Virus record (IMG/VR): IMGVR_UViG_3300028591_000190
Location: 7,853-71,852 of that record
DNA: 64,000 bases
From: a virus
Taxonomy: Duplodnaviria > Caudoviricetes
Strand: one strand, 5' to 3'
Position 1 is the stretch's first letter. The number at the start of each line of letters is the position of its first letter. Positions 38,784-48,366 of the stretch are shown here, in pieces. The position numbers and the translations under genes were made by a program. The notes under the pieces are model-generated. The model was not told the origin of the DNA and ran no database searches. It saw nothing but the letters and a program-made list of their open reading frames with translations.

Positions 38784-40889
38784 TTGTTAGGTTTAGCATG
38801 TCAATTTAATGGGATAAAAACTACATATTCAGGAACAGAATATAATTTTAATGCAGGAACATCAAGACTTTTACTAAGAACTGCTTCTGGAGATAGCGGT
38901 GTTCTTACTTATCCTTTAACTTCTGATTCTACAGCAAGTTAGTATTGTGGAATAAAAATAAATGTAGGAGGACATACTTGTTATTTAGCGAGACAAGAAA
39001 GTAGATAGTATACTACTGATATTCTTTCTAGTAATGATATAATATTATTAAATTCAAATACAGGACAATTAATATTAAATTAGTATACTGAAAATTATTT
39101 ATATAATATTACTAAAAGTTCGTATACAGAAACTAATACATAGGCTTCAGGAACTTCTCTTGCTAGCGAACCTATAGAATGGGTTGGTTTTGCTCAAAAT
39201 GTAACTTATTCTAGATATACAAATAGTGTAACAAAAAATGTTTCTGTTTATCAAAATAGATATAAATATAATTATTCAACTACAACTTCTTATAAGTTAT
39301 CAGTAAATGGATATGGAAGTTATACTTCTTCATTATATTATAATATGTCTGGAGTTTCTAATAGCTCAAGTGAAGCAATTTTACATTCATAGAAAAATAC
39401 TACTAGAATTACAAGAACAAGTTCAGGATATTATTATAATTATTCTACTAATGTTGCTCCTCCTTATTTAGCAACTATTTATAATTCTATTACTGTTCCA
39501 ACTAATCAATAGTGTAATGCTTATACAACTGCATCTTATACTGATTAGTATACTAGATAGGCATTATGTCCATCTGGAATGACTCTTATTAGGACTTATC
39601 CAGAACTTGAAGAAATAATAGTTGAACAAGATATTGTAGTTCCAGAATCTAAAGGTGGACAATATAATAACGGAGTTGTTTACGGTTATAGTAGTAAATA
39701 TTATGAAAATACTTTATATAATACAGGAACTACTTCAAATTTTTAGAAACCTTCTATTACTGAAAATCAATATTATACAGCAGCAATTGCAAATGGTACT
39801 TATTAGGGAGGATCTATTTATAAATATAAAAGTTATATAAATTAGGTTTATTTAAATAGTGGATATAGAAAATATGGAAGATATATTTCTATTACAGCCG
39901 AATCTTATGATGGATATGATTATGATTTACGAGCTTTAACTAAAACTGATACAGAATCTTATGAATCAACTGCAAAAAAAGCTAATACTGATACTTTAGT
40001 ATCAGCAAATTATGGTCAATCATTAGGCGGTTTGAAAAGATGGTATGCTTGGCATGATGAATCTTATACTTATTTATAGAATAAAAATATTGCTGAAGCT
40101 GATTATGAAAAAACTTCATGGATAGATGATGATGCTGTAGCTTTTGTCCCATCTGGAGGGAGTAAAACTACATATAGAAAAATTTCTGGTTCAGATGATT
40201 TTGGTAAAAAAATAGATAGTGTTACTTATATTACAAAATTTGATAACAGATGGACTTAGGGTGATAGGATAGGTTATGCTTATACAAAGTCCAAAGAATA
40301 TAGTTTTATAAGAACTGAAAAAGAACTTTTCTATGATGCTTATACAGCTAAAATATCTGATAACGGGGATGGTTATTATAGAACTCTTTATACTTCCAAA
40401 TCAAATCAAACAACTAGTAATAAATTTTAGGTTTGGATTGGAAGTAATCCAGATGATAGATTATTTGATTCTTGGTCAGGGAAAGCTCGTGCAACTTTTG
40501 AAATTTGGACAGGTTATTCTAAAGATAATTTTGATGCAAAAGTTCAAAGAAAATCTGGTACTTATACAGGATATACTTATACACCTACCAATAAATATAA
40601 ATCTCGTATAAATATAAATACTGTAGGATATGAATATACTTCAACATATAAATATAATTATTCTACAGAATATTATACTGAACCTTACACTTATGTATCA
40701 AGAAGTACTGAAAATACAACTCATACTGTTGCAGTTGTTAAATAGTTAACAACAGTGTATAAAACAGAAAGTAGATATACTTTACAATTTTCTTCAGTAG
40801 AAGAATTAATAGAAAATATATAGCTTTCAACATATACTACAAGAAATACCTATTCAATATTATATTATCAAAATAATGTAAATATTTAA
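38784..40889 (+). CDS. Tyr/Thr/Ser-rich putative fibre tip or adhesin (701 aa, TTG start); invisible in the code-11 track
   Basis: Read codon by codon: TTG 38784 downstream of AAAAGGAG, no TAA/TGA until 40887-40889, 16 in-frame TAGs. Confidence 0.75.
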
Positions 40890-40891
40890 AC

Positions 40892-40920
40892 TTGACTTTT
40901 AATATTTTTTTTGGTATTAT
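40892..40920 (+). promoter_or_regulatory. sigmaA-type promoter for the glycosyltransferase
   Basis: TTGACT (40892-40897), 17 nt ending TGG, TATTAT (40915-40920); SD AAAAGGAG before ATG 40956. Confidence 0.7.
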
Positions 40921-40955
40921 TTATATAGAAAATAAAATATTAAAAGGAGAAAATA

Positions 40956-42203
40956 ATGAAAGGAATAACTGTAGTATCCCCTATGTGGGGTGAACGTCAT
41001 ATTACTGATAGAATGATCTTTTCTGTTCTTCATCAATATATAGGTAAAACAAATCCTTTTAAAATTCATTTAGTTTTAGTAGATGATTATATAGAAGGAA
41101 GACTTGAAAATGGAGACAGCTATTATAAATATTATGAATCAGAAGAATTTAAAGATTTTTATAATACAGAAAATATAAAAATTACTATTATTAAAAATAA
41201 AGAACATAAATATCAAGGGGAAAGTAGAGAAATTGGTTTTCTTGCTGGCGATTATCCATATTTTGTTTTAATAGATTGTGATGACATGCTTGCACCAAAT
41301 GCTCTTGATAGATATATTTGGGCAATTAAAAATAATAGTCGTAATAAAGGATTGCCAATTGCTTACATAGGTGGTATGACATATGGTTTTGAATCAGGGA
41401 TGCCACCTCAAATAATTCCTGGACATTCTATTTGGGTTCAAGGTAGGTGTTATAATCGTGATTTTATTCTTAAACATGATATTCATTTTCCTACTGGAAT
41501 AAACTCTCGGCAAGGTGAAGATTATCCATTTATCAACAAAGTAGATTATGCTGTAGAACATGATCCAGGTTATCAAGTTCTTCAATTATTTACAGAAGAA
41601 AATCAACAATGTACTACATTTTGGTTTCCAAATCCCAATAGTCTATCTCGTCAAGATCCTCATTATGGACAACATTTATCAGGTTGGACTATGAAAAGTT
41701 CGGCAGCAATACTTGATTATTTTGAAGAATTTAATGAAAAAAATGATTTAAGTATTGAAGAAGATGAATATTTAAAAATGAGAAGCCTTGATATGACTAT
41801 TTATAGTTTTTATAATTTTTTAGATTTTATAAGAGAAGTTGCTTCAACAGATTATGAACCTCTTGAAGAAGATTGGTATGCGTTACGAAATGCAGCTAAT
41901 TATTTAAGAAAAAAACTTAAAGATACTTTTTGGGATGAAATTTGTTATTCAGATGTTGAAGATAAATTATATCAAGTTAAACATTTTTCAGATGTAAGAT
42001 TTTGTGAAAGTTGGATTGGAACATTTTATGATTATATAAATAATAAGTCACCACTTTTAAATATGACTTATGATGAAATGAGAGAATATGCTAAAACTCT
42101 TGAATTTGATGAAGCTGGACACGAAATTCATTCACCACAAGTTGTTGCTTGGAAAGAACGTCATAAAGAACATATAAATAAAATGAAAGAAGGAGTGATT
42201 TAA
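40956..42203 (+). CDS. Glycosyltransferase family 2 (GT-A fold)
   Basis: ITVVSPMW N-terminal strand, LVLVDD, G.SREIG, FVLIDCDDML (DxD) and a GEDYPF motif; 415 aa with no TAG. Confidence 0.8.
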   Translation: MKGITVVSPMWGERHITDRMIFSVLHQYIGKTNPFKIHLVLVDDYIEGRLENGDSYYKYYESEEFKDFYNTENIKITIIKNKEHKYQGESREIGFLAGDYPYFVLIDCDDMLAPNALDRYIWAIKNNSRNKGLPIAYIGGMTYGFESGMPPQIIPGHSIWVQGRCYNRDFILKHDIHFPTGINSRQGEDYPFINKVDYAVEHDPGYQVLQLFTEENQQCTTFWFPNPNSLSRQDPHYGQHLSGWTMKSSAAILDYFEEFNEKNDLSIEEDEYLKMRSLDMTIYSFYNFLDFIREVASTDYEPLEEDWYALRNAANYLRKKLKDTFWDEICYSDVEDKLYQVKHFSDVRFCESWIGTFYDYINNKSPLLNMTYDEMREYAKTLEFDEAGHEIHSPQVVAWKERHKEHINKMKEGVI

Positions 42204-42219
42204 ATCACTCCTTTTTTTT
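42190..42219 (+). terminator. Intrinsic terminator overlapping the GT stop codon
   Basis: AAGGAGTGATT-TA-AATCACTCCTT followed by a T run. Confidence 0.75.
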
Positions 42220-42234
42220 ATTAGGAGGTTTAAT

Positions 42235-42636
42235 ATGGATTGGTTAAAAATATTACAAGAAATATTCACTGTATGTATTATTCCATTATTAGGAATATTA
42301 GCTAAATATTTAATTGATTGGATTCAAGTTAAGAAAAATAATTTAATTGTTCAAGAAGAAAGTGAAATTAAACAAAGATATATTGAAATGTTAGCAAACA
42401 CAATTGAAACTTGTGTTATTGCTACTAATTAGACTTATGTAAATGCGTTAAAAGATAAAAATGCTTTTACTTTAGAAGCATAGAAAGAAGCATTTGAAAT
42501 AACAAAAAATGCCATTTTAGCTATACTTGGAGAAGAAGGCCAAAATTATTTAAAACAAATATACGGAGATTTAAATATATATATAATGAAAGAAATCGAA
42601 AAGAATGTCAATATTCAAAAAACTAATGGAAAATAA
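42235..42636 (+). CDS. Putative holin (133 aa, two TAGs)
   Basis: Single N-terminal hydrophobic helix, then IATN*TYVNALKDKNAFTLEA*KEAF, matching the ATNQTYV...AQKEAF pattern of LL-H-like phage holins; ends TAA 42634-42636. Confidence 0.65.
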
Positions 42637-42671
42637 AAAATGGGTAGGTTATTTAACCTACCCATTTTTTT
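42635..42671. terminator. Bidirectional terminator between the convergent modules
   Basis: AAAAAATGGGTAGGTT-ATTT-AACCTACCCATTTTTT, with an A run on the left and a T run on the right. Confidence 0.9.
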
Positions 42672-43182
42672 ATGACCAATCATGATCTTCTTCAATTTTT
42701 ATATTACTATTTACAATATAAGTTCCAATACAAATCGCATCACATTCATCTTGTGTAGCTTTGATACCATAAGTATCATTTACATATTTCTAAGCATTTC
42801 TTTTCTGTTCAGTTCTATTTTTACCTTTAATTCCTAATTTACTTTTCCAAACAGAAGCTAAAACTGACGTCCGCGGCAATTTTAGTCCAACGGCAAGTTC
42901 ATATACAACTCCATATACCTCAGCTAATTTCTTAAATGTTTCAACATTATTCAACATTTCCTATCCATTCACTGTCTTTTGGAATTGTATATCTTCAAAA
43001 ACTAATTCATCTACTTCATATTTATCAATCAGTTCCTATACTTTCCGTTTTATATAATGTAATCTATCGCCAATATCATCCTAATCAGCAGTAAATTTTC
43101 CATAATCTTTTAACTGATTATCTTCAAAATAAGCCCAACCCGAGGTTTTTGACGCTTGATCTAGTGCCAAAAGTTTATACAC
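42670..43182 (-). CDS. RuvC-like Holliday junction resolvase (170 aa, GTG start, four TAGs); missing from ORF track
   Basis: MYKLLALDQASKTSGWAYF...LVFEDIQ...WKSKLGIKG...QDECDAICIG shows the RNase H/RuvC acidic motif layout. Confidence 0.8.
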
Positions 43183-43729
43183 CAGTTGAACCCATACCAC
43201 CAGTTCTTTCACCAGTAGCCTTATCATCAGAAGTGATATTATAATTCATTATAATACCCTAACCTATTCTATCTCCTTTTTTAAGATAAATAGGAAGTGG
43301 GGAAAGATTTATAATTTGAAAGAAAATCTCTCCTTCATTATCTGGATTATTGTAATAATCAGCGTCAATAATTCCTACACTATTTGCCATAATCAGCCAG
43401 TTTTTCAGCGGGCAGGAACTTCTAACGCTTAACTGTAAATACTGATTACTCTCCATTTTACATTTCATTCCAGTAGAAACAAGAGTAGGTTTAGCTTCTG
43501 TCTTTTTAGTAATTTTTGCTATTTCATCAAGTGAAATTGGTTCAATTTCATTATAATCATAAGACTTATTATACTCATTTATAATATCATTATTATGATA
43601 TAACCAAGAATCAACAATTACATCTTCGGCAACTACAAAATCATAACCGGCACTCTAGGCCGTTTTGCGTTCGGGCATTGGCAAATCTACATCAGCGAAG
43701 CGGCTTACTTTTTCAAATTTAATATCCAT
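43175..43729 (-). CDS. dut: Trimeric dUTPase (184 aa, two TAGs)
   Basis: SAGYDF, RSS, GIIDADY, GDRIG*G (conserved Gln of motif IV) and RTGGMGSTG. Confidence 0.92.
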
Positions 43730-43974
43730 TAAAAACTTACCTCATAACTCACAGCAACATCTTGCTCTGGTTCTTTCTCTTCGTTAAATTGTAGCTTTGC
43801 TTTTACTACTTGGTATTCCTCTAAAATTTCGCCCTTCGCTTTTATATATTTTGTTGTATATGAAAAATTAACTAACTCACAATTTGGTGTATTCTGTAAC
43901 TTATCTCTTAATGCTAAAGCATCTTCTACTGTTGGAACTCTATATGTGTTTACTACGTTTAACAAATATGTCAT
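43729..43974 (-). CDS. Hypothetical protein (81 aa)
   Basis: Intact ORF coupled to dut by a TAATG overlap. Confidence 0.65.
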   Translation of the reverse strand: MTYLLNVVNTYRVPTVEDALALRDKLQNTPNCELVNFSYTTKYIKAKGEILEEYQVVKAKLQFNEEKEPEQDVAVSYEVSF

Positions 43975-43975
43975 C

Positions 43976-44236
43976 TCAATTTACCTCAATATTTATTTTA
44001 TTCATTCTATAAAGTGTCTGCTCTTCACCGTTGATACCCATTACAACTCCCTCAAGATAACTCCAAGGGCCAACAAGATGAAGATTGAAGCATTCTTCGT
44101 CATAACATTTATGCATTAGATATTCTACAAGTCCACACATCTCGTGTCTTTCAGTTCCGATTATTGCGGACTTATCATAATACATAATTGTCTGCTCTGC
44201 CATTCCCGGTTCAATCTTTACAACAATTTTATCCAT
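43976..44236 (-). CDS. Hypothetical protein (86 aa)
   Basis: ATG 44236 (MDKIVV) overlaps the upstream stop; ends TGA 43976. Confidence 0.6.
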   Translation of the reverse strand: MDKIVVKIEPGMAEQTIMYYDKSAIIGTERHEMCGLVEYLMHKCYDEECFNLHLVGPWSYLEGVVMGINGEEQTLYRMNKINIEVN

Positions 44237-44735
44237 AATATACAACCCCATCTGAGTAATCAAATAAATATAAAACTGTCACATAGTCTTCATATTTAAC
44301 CCAAATCTCAATAGCACCATTTTCTTGAACTTCAAAAGTTTTTACACTATCAAACGCTTCAAGACATTTAAGAACCATCGTTCCTAAATCTTCATCAGCA
44401 ATTACTTCTTTTCTTTCAAATAAAGTGAAATATGAAATTTCTTTACCATATAATAGATAATAAATCTTATTACATTTTGTGTTAATAGTATCTTTTAAAT
44501 CATTTAACTGAGTAGCATCCATATCATCCATTTGATTGATAATACTTTGATTTAATTCATATGCACTCATACTAATTCCATTAGAAGATACAGTTGTTGC
44601 TTTTAATTCATTCCATTTTCCATTATTCCAAGAATAATACTTTTTTGTATCTTCTACATAAATTGTATACCCTTCATTTAAAAGTGCCGTATTTTTGTTC
44701 TATAGTTCATCTAAATCTTTTACGGTCTCAGTCAT
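44229..44735 (-). CDS. Hypothetical protein (168 aa, one TAG)
   Basis: Track ORF 44229..44570 extends through one TAG to ATG 44735, which has SD AAAGGAAG. Confidence 0.65.
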
Positions 44736-44766
44736 CTTTTTCTTCCTTTCTTTATCTTATAAATAT

Positions 44767-44795
44767 ATTATACCAAATTTTTTTATAAAAATCAA
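44767..44795 (-). promoter_or_regulatory. sigmaA-type promoter
   Basis: On minus: TTGATT, 17 nt ending TGG, TATAAT. Confidence 0.8.
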
Positions 44796-45289
44796 CTTTC
44801 ATCCCATTCAAAATCATTAGAAGAAAGGATTCTTTGATTAGATGAGCCTCTCATATTTAGTGTAACATCTCTTAAATTTATATCAAATCTGCCGTCTATA
44901 ATATATTCACATTGTGAAATAATTTGTTTAAGTTTCTGTATATTAATACTTGTCATTATCTCAGCTTTTGTATAACCAGTCCATAAATATATCTTAGTAT
45001 CTGGCAATTTAGTTTTTACTTCATTTATAACCATTAGAGTTAAAAACTGATTTTCAGGACAGAGTGGCTCTCCACCCATAATACACAGACTTCTTTTTAT
45101 ACCATTTGCCGTTAATGCTTTTATAATTGATTCTAATGTATCATTTGTAAATTCATATCCGCCTTCAAAATCCCAAGTTTCTGGATTATGGCAACCCTCA
45201 CAATGGTGAGGGCAACCTTGCGTAAAAAAAGTTACACAAACCCCAGGAGCGGCAGAAAAATCATTTTTTATTATTCCTGCGTACTTGAT
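44792..45289 (-). CDS. nrdG: Anaerobic ribonucleotide reductase activating protein (radical SAM), apparent ATC start
   Basis: (M)KYAGIIKNDFSAAPGVCVTFFTQGCPHHCEGCHNPETWDF has CxxxCxxC; MGGEP and RGSSNQR present. An in-frame TGA lies three codons upstream of the ATC. Confidence 0.9.
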   Translation of the reverse strand: MKYAGIIKNDFSAAPGVCVTFFTQGCPHHCEGCHNPETWDFEGGYEFTNDTLESIIKALTANGIKRSLCIMGGEPLCPENQFLTLMVINEVKTKLPDTKIYLWTGYTKAEIMTSINIQKLKQIISQCEYIIDGRFDINLRDVTLNMRGSSNQRILSSNDFEWDES

Positions 45290-45978
45290 AGGTCTTCACC
45301 TTCTTTCCAATCTTGATAATATTTCCATTTATATCCTAAATGAGTTTTTCTTCTTCCGTGTAAGTAATCAAATAAGCAACTTTTTGTTACTTTTAAATTG
45401 GAAGAAAGTAATACATCTGTACTATTTATATATCTATTTATCAAATTATTATTTTTATCTAATTGACAAATAATTTTTGGTCTTAAAGAAAAAGCATATT
45501 CTTTTATTTCTTCAGGTGTTTTATTTAGAATATTTTCTGTTTTTACTAATACATAATCATTATACTATACCTAAGTTATTTTATCTGCTTCCTAAGTATT
45601 CATTGTATCAGTTGCTTTTTCATAAGTTTCTAATATAGAACCATCTTTTAAACTAATTTTAGTATAACTTATTTTTGGTTTAGAGGTCATATCTCCTCCT
45701 AAGGTTGCATTATATCCTTTTCCATTAATACCATATGTATTATAAAATTGAATATAATATTGTTCTTTTTCTTTAAGTTCTTCTAAAGAATTAGCCGTAT
45801 CTATTTGTTCTATTTTAAAATTTTCAATACCATATTTTCTCATAGCTCTATATAAGGGCCTATCTGTTCCGTGATTAGCCTCATATTTATGCTATGTAAA
45901 ACGTTTCTCTAATGAAGAAGTAGTTAATCCTATATAACTTTTATTGTTTATAAGATTAGTTATTTTATATATATAAAT
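45271..45978 (-). mobile_element. Free-standing GIY-YIG homing endonuclease gene (235 aa, apparent ATT start, four TAGs)
   Basis: (M)YIYKITNLINNKVYIGLT...RF..H...E.YYI..YNT..GYNAT.GG is the GIY-YIG pattern; NUMOD1-like C-terminus (HLGYKWKY); the stop overlaps the first nrdG codons. Confidence 0.85.
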
Positions 45979-45984
45979 AAGTCT

Positions 45985-46539
45985 TCACTCCTTCCAAACC
46001 GCCGATTTAGTAAAAAAACGAAACATCAAAGACCCCAAGGAATTACCTACTACGATAATAGCAACGAACGCTAAAACTTTGATTGAAAACATATGGGCGC
46101 TTGCTAAATATCCTATATCGGCAACACAGTGTTCTGCTCCGAACAATATGAAAGCCGGCACGCATATAAGAACCATATATTCTTTTCCGTGTTTAAAACA
46201 TTCAACTGCGGCGTAAATAAGAATGCCGCAGATGAATGCATTTATGAAAGTAATATATAAGGGAGTATTAAGTTTCTTTTCTACTACTTCTACTGCTGTG
46301 TCTATTGGATAGAAGTAAAGTATCATTGCCCCGAGGGCATTTCCTAATAAAATCGGCAAGTTATTTATTATCCCTGTGTATCCAACCTTACCTGTATATA
46401 AGTTTAATTGGAAATTACAGACGAGAAATAGCCCTACGGAAAATATAACCGCTCCGGCTACTCCTCCTATTTTTAAATTTATATATACTCCTATTGCTAT
46501 TGCTATACCTGCTAAAATACTTTTTATGAATTCAGTCAT
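45985..46539 (-). CDS. Formate/nitrite transporter (FNT/FocA family), short form
   Basis: Multi-TM 184-aa protein with KSILAGIAIAIG, LNLYTGK, FILFGAEHCVAD and VGNSLGS, matching FNT signatures (LFTGN, FEHSVAN, GN..GG). ATGA overlap with the nrdD stop. Confidence 0.8.
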   Translation of the reverse strand: MTEFIKSILAGIAIAIGVYINLKIGGVAGAVIFSVGLFLVCNFQLNLYTGKVGYTGIINNLPILLGNALGAMILYFYPIDTAVEVVEKKLNTPLYITFINAFICGILIYAAVECFKHGKEYMVLICVPAFILFGAEHCVADIGYLASAHMFSIKVLAFVAIIVVGNSLGSLMFRFFTKSAVWKE

Positions 46540-47568
46540 TGTTCCATATACCCCGTGTGTTTTACTCTATGTTCTGTTTCATCTTGTTTTCCAAGATTGA
46601 AAGCAGTTTTATAATCACCGGTAAGATAACCAGTCACACGACGAAGCTGTTGTATATGACGGCTTCCACATTCAGGGCAACTGTCGTTAAATTCACCCTC
46701 ATATCCACAGTCGAGACATTTATCATTAGGAACATTTATTGCCATATAAGGAAGGTCTTTATCCATAGCATAATTTATAAGTTCTTCAAGAGCATCAATA
46801 TTTTTCCAAACAGTCTCTTCAAGTTCTACATAAGTAATACATCCTGCATTACTATATCCAGCAAGTTGAGATTCAATATCAATCTTATCAAATGGACTGA
46901 TATGTTTCCATACTGGAACATGAATACTATTTGTGAAATATTCGTGATCTGAAACTTCTGGAATAATACCATACTTTAATTTGAATTTTTTCATTGCTGT
47001 ATAACAAAGATTTTCCGCAGGAGTATAATATACACCAAAATTTAATTTGTACTGCTGTTTAAATTCAGCACAACGAGTTTTAAATAATTGCTCTATTTTC
47101 TTTGCGAGTTCCATACCTTCTTCTGTTGTATGGTCTTTGCCGATAAGGATTTGAAGTGTTTCGGCAAGTCCTAATTGACCAATAACAAGGGTTGAATGCT
47201 TCATGGCACTTTCAATTCCTTCTTCTGGTTTATACCCCATCATGGTATTATTTTCCCACATAAATTTAGCAGAAGCAGGAGACTGAGAACATATATGCTC
47301 ATAACGCTCAATCAATTCATCACGAGCATCTGTAATAGCATTGTCAAGAATTTCCATAAAACATTCGATGGAATCTTTTCCTGCGAGTTTTAATAATTTA
47401 TTACCTTTACCATCTGTAGCATATACATCATCAGCTAAATTTACTGCTTCCATAGCAAGAGTAGGAAGAATAATAGTAACTGGGGCGATATTACCACGAC
47501 CATCCTTCATTTGAGCGTTCGTGCCTTCTTCGGCATTTATATCAGAACCATTATAAGTACGACATCCC
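46536..47568 (-). CDS. nrdD: Class III ribonucleotide reductase, exon 2
   Basis: Begins (G)GGA TGT CGT ACT (GCRT); GRGNIAPVTIILP, YTPAENL, YFTNS, CLDC/CPEC zinc site and the RRVTGYL glycyl-radical motif. Confidence 0.92.
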
Positions 47569-48366
47569 CATGCCGTTATAAATAGACTATGTCATCAATA
47601 TTAGTTGTTTTAACCTTCTAATACTGCCTATCGTTTCGAGTGTTTGACACCCTACCCTACTCACTTCTTTATATAAGTTTTTCTCTTATACTATGTTTTC
47701 GGTAGTCGTTGAGCTTTTATAATTTATCCTTTGTAATCCTAATTTTCCTAATTTTTTATTGTGCCAATCTTTAAAAAACCATTGTCTTTTACAACTTCTT
47801 TGAAAACAATCTTGACCCATAGGATAATCTTCTCTAAATGCTTTTCCGCTATTATAGATTTTTATGTTTTTATTAGTTTCTAAATTAAAAACTCTATAAT
47901 ATATATTCCCTTTAATTCCAGCAATATGGACTCCTCGTAAATTATTTTCATAAGCATGTAAATCATTTTGGCTACGAGTTACCCATTCTAAATTATCAGC
48001 ACGATTATTTTGTTTATTTCCATCTTTATGATTTACTACTAATTCAGGACTATATCCATCACAAAAATGATAAGCAACTAACCTATGAATAAAGAATCTT
48101 TTTCTTATAGGAGAATATAAAACAACTCTTTTATAGCCAAGACTGTTTCTATCACCTTTTAAAGTTTTTCCTGTTTGTATATTTTTTACTTCTCCATAAT
48201 TACTAATAACATAATTATTTTCATAATTTTTAATAGGTTTCCATATTTTTTCCATTTTACTCCTTTCTTTAGGATAATATTAGGATAAATTAATTTTAGC
48301 ACACGAGTAACTTTTTAAAAAAGCTTCCTCCGTTTAGATAGGTTTAACGACCACAGGACAAAGTTT
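47569..48366 (-). mobile_element. Group I intron (798 nt) in nrdD
   Basis: 5' exon ends in U (ACC AU) and pairs with IGS GUGGUCG (P1 with U-G); intron ends in G; P3 CCUAUC/GAUAGG, R element CUCAACGACUA, S element GACAUAGUC. Splicing restores AT^G GGA TGT and gives 2292 nt in frame. Confidence 0.9.
47686..48255 (-). CDS. Intron-encoded NUMOD4-HNH homing endonuclease (I-HmuI-like)
   Basis: WKPIKNYENNYVISNYGEVKN (NUMOD4), IHRLVAYHF, VNHKDGNKQNNRADNLEW (HNH); SD AAAGGAG. Confidence 0.9.
   Translation of the reverse strand: MEKIWKPIKNYENNYVISNYGEVKNIQTGKTLKGDRNSLGYKRVVLYSPIRKRFFIHRLVAYHFCDGYSPELVVNHKDGNKQNNRADNLEWVTRSQNDLHAYENNLRGVHIAGIKGNIYYRVFNLETNKNIKIYNSGKAFREDYPMGQDCFQRSCKRQWFFKDWHNKKLGKLGLQRINYKSSTTTENIV

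Noticed and set aside
672-40889. Fragmented ORFs read as a decayed prophage or pseudogenes
   Set aside because: Breaks are all TAG, all in frame, and align with Gln in paralogs; no frameshifts seen in these genes.
30500-40889. Diversity-generating retroelement targeting the BspA-LRR or fibre tips
   Set aside because: No reverse transcriptase in the window, and I saw no near-identical pair with adenine-restricted mismatches. The fibre repeats differ at all bases. A genome-wide search could still find a remote template.
45474-45510. Plus-strand TTGACA as a promoter inside the GIY-YIG gene
   Set aside because: No -10 hexamer at 16-18 nt spacing.
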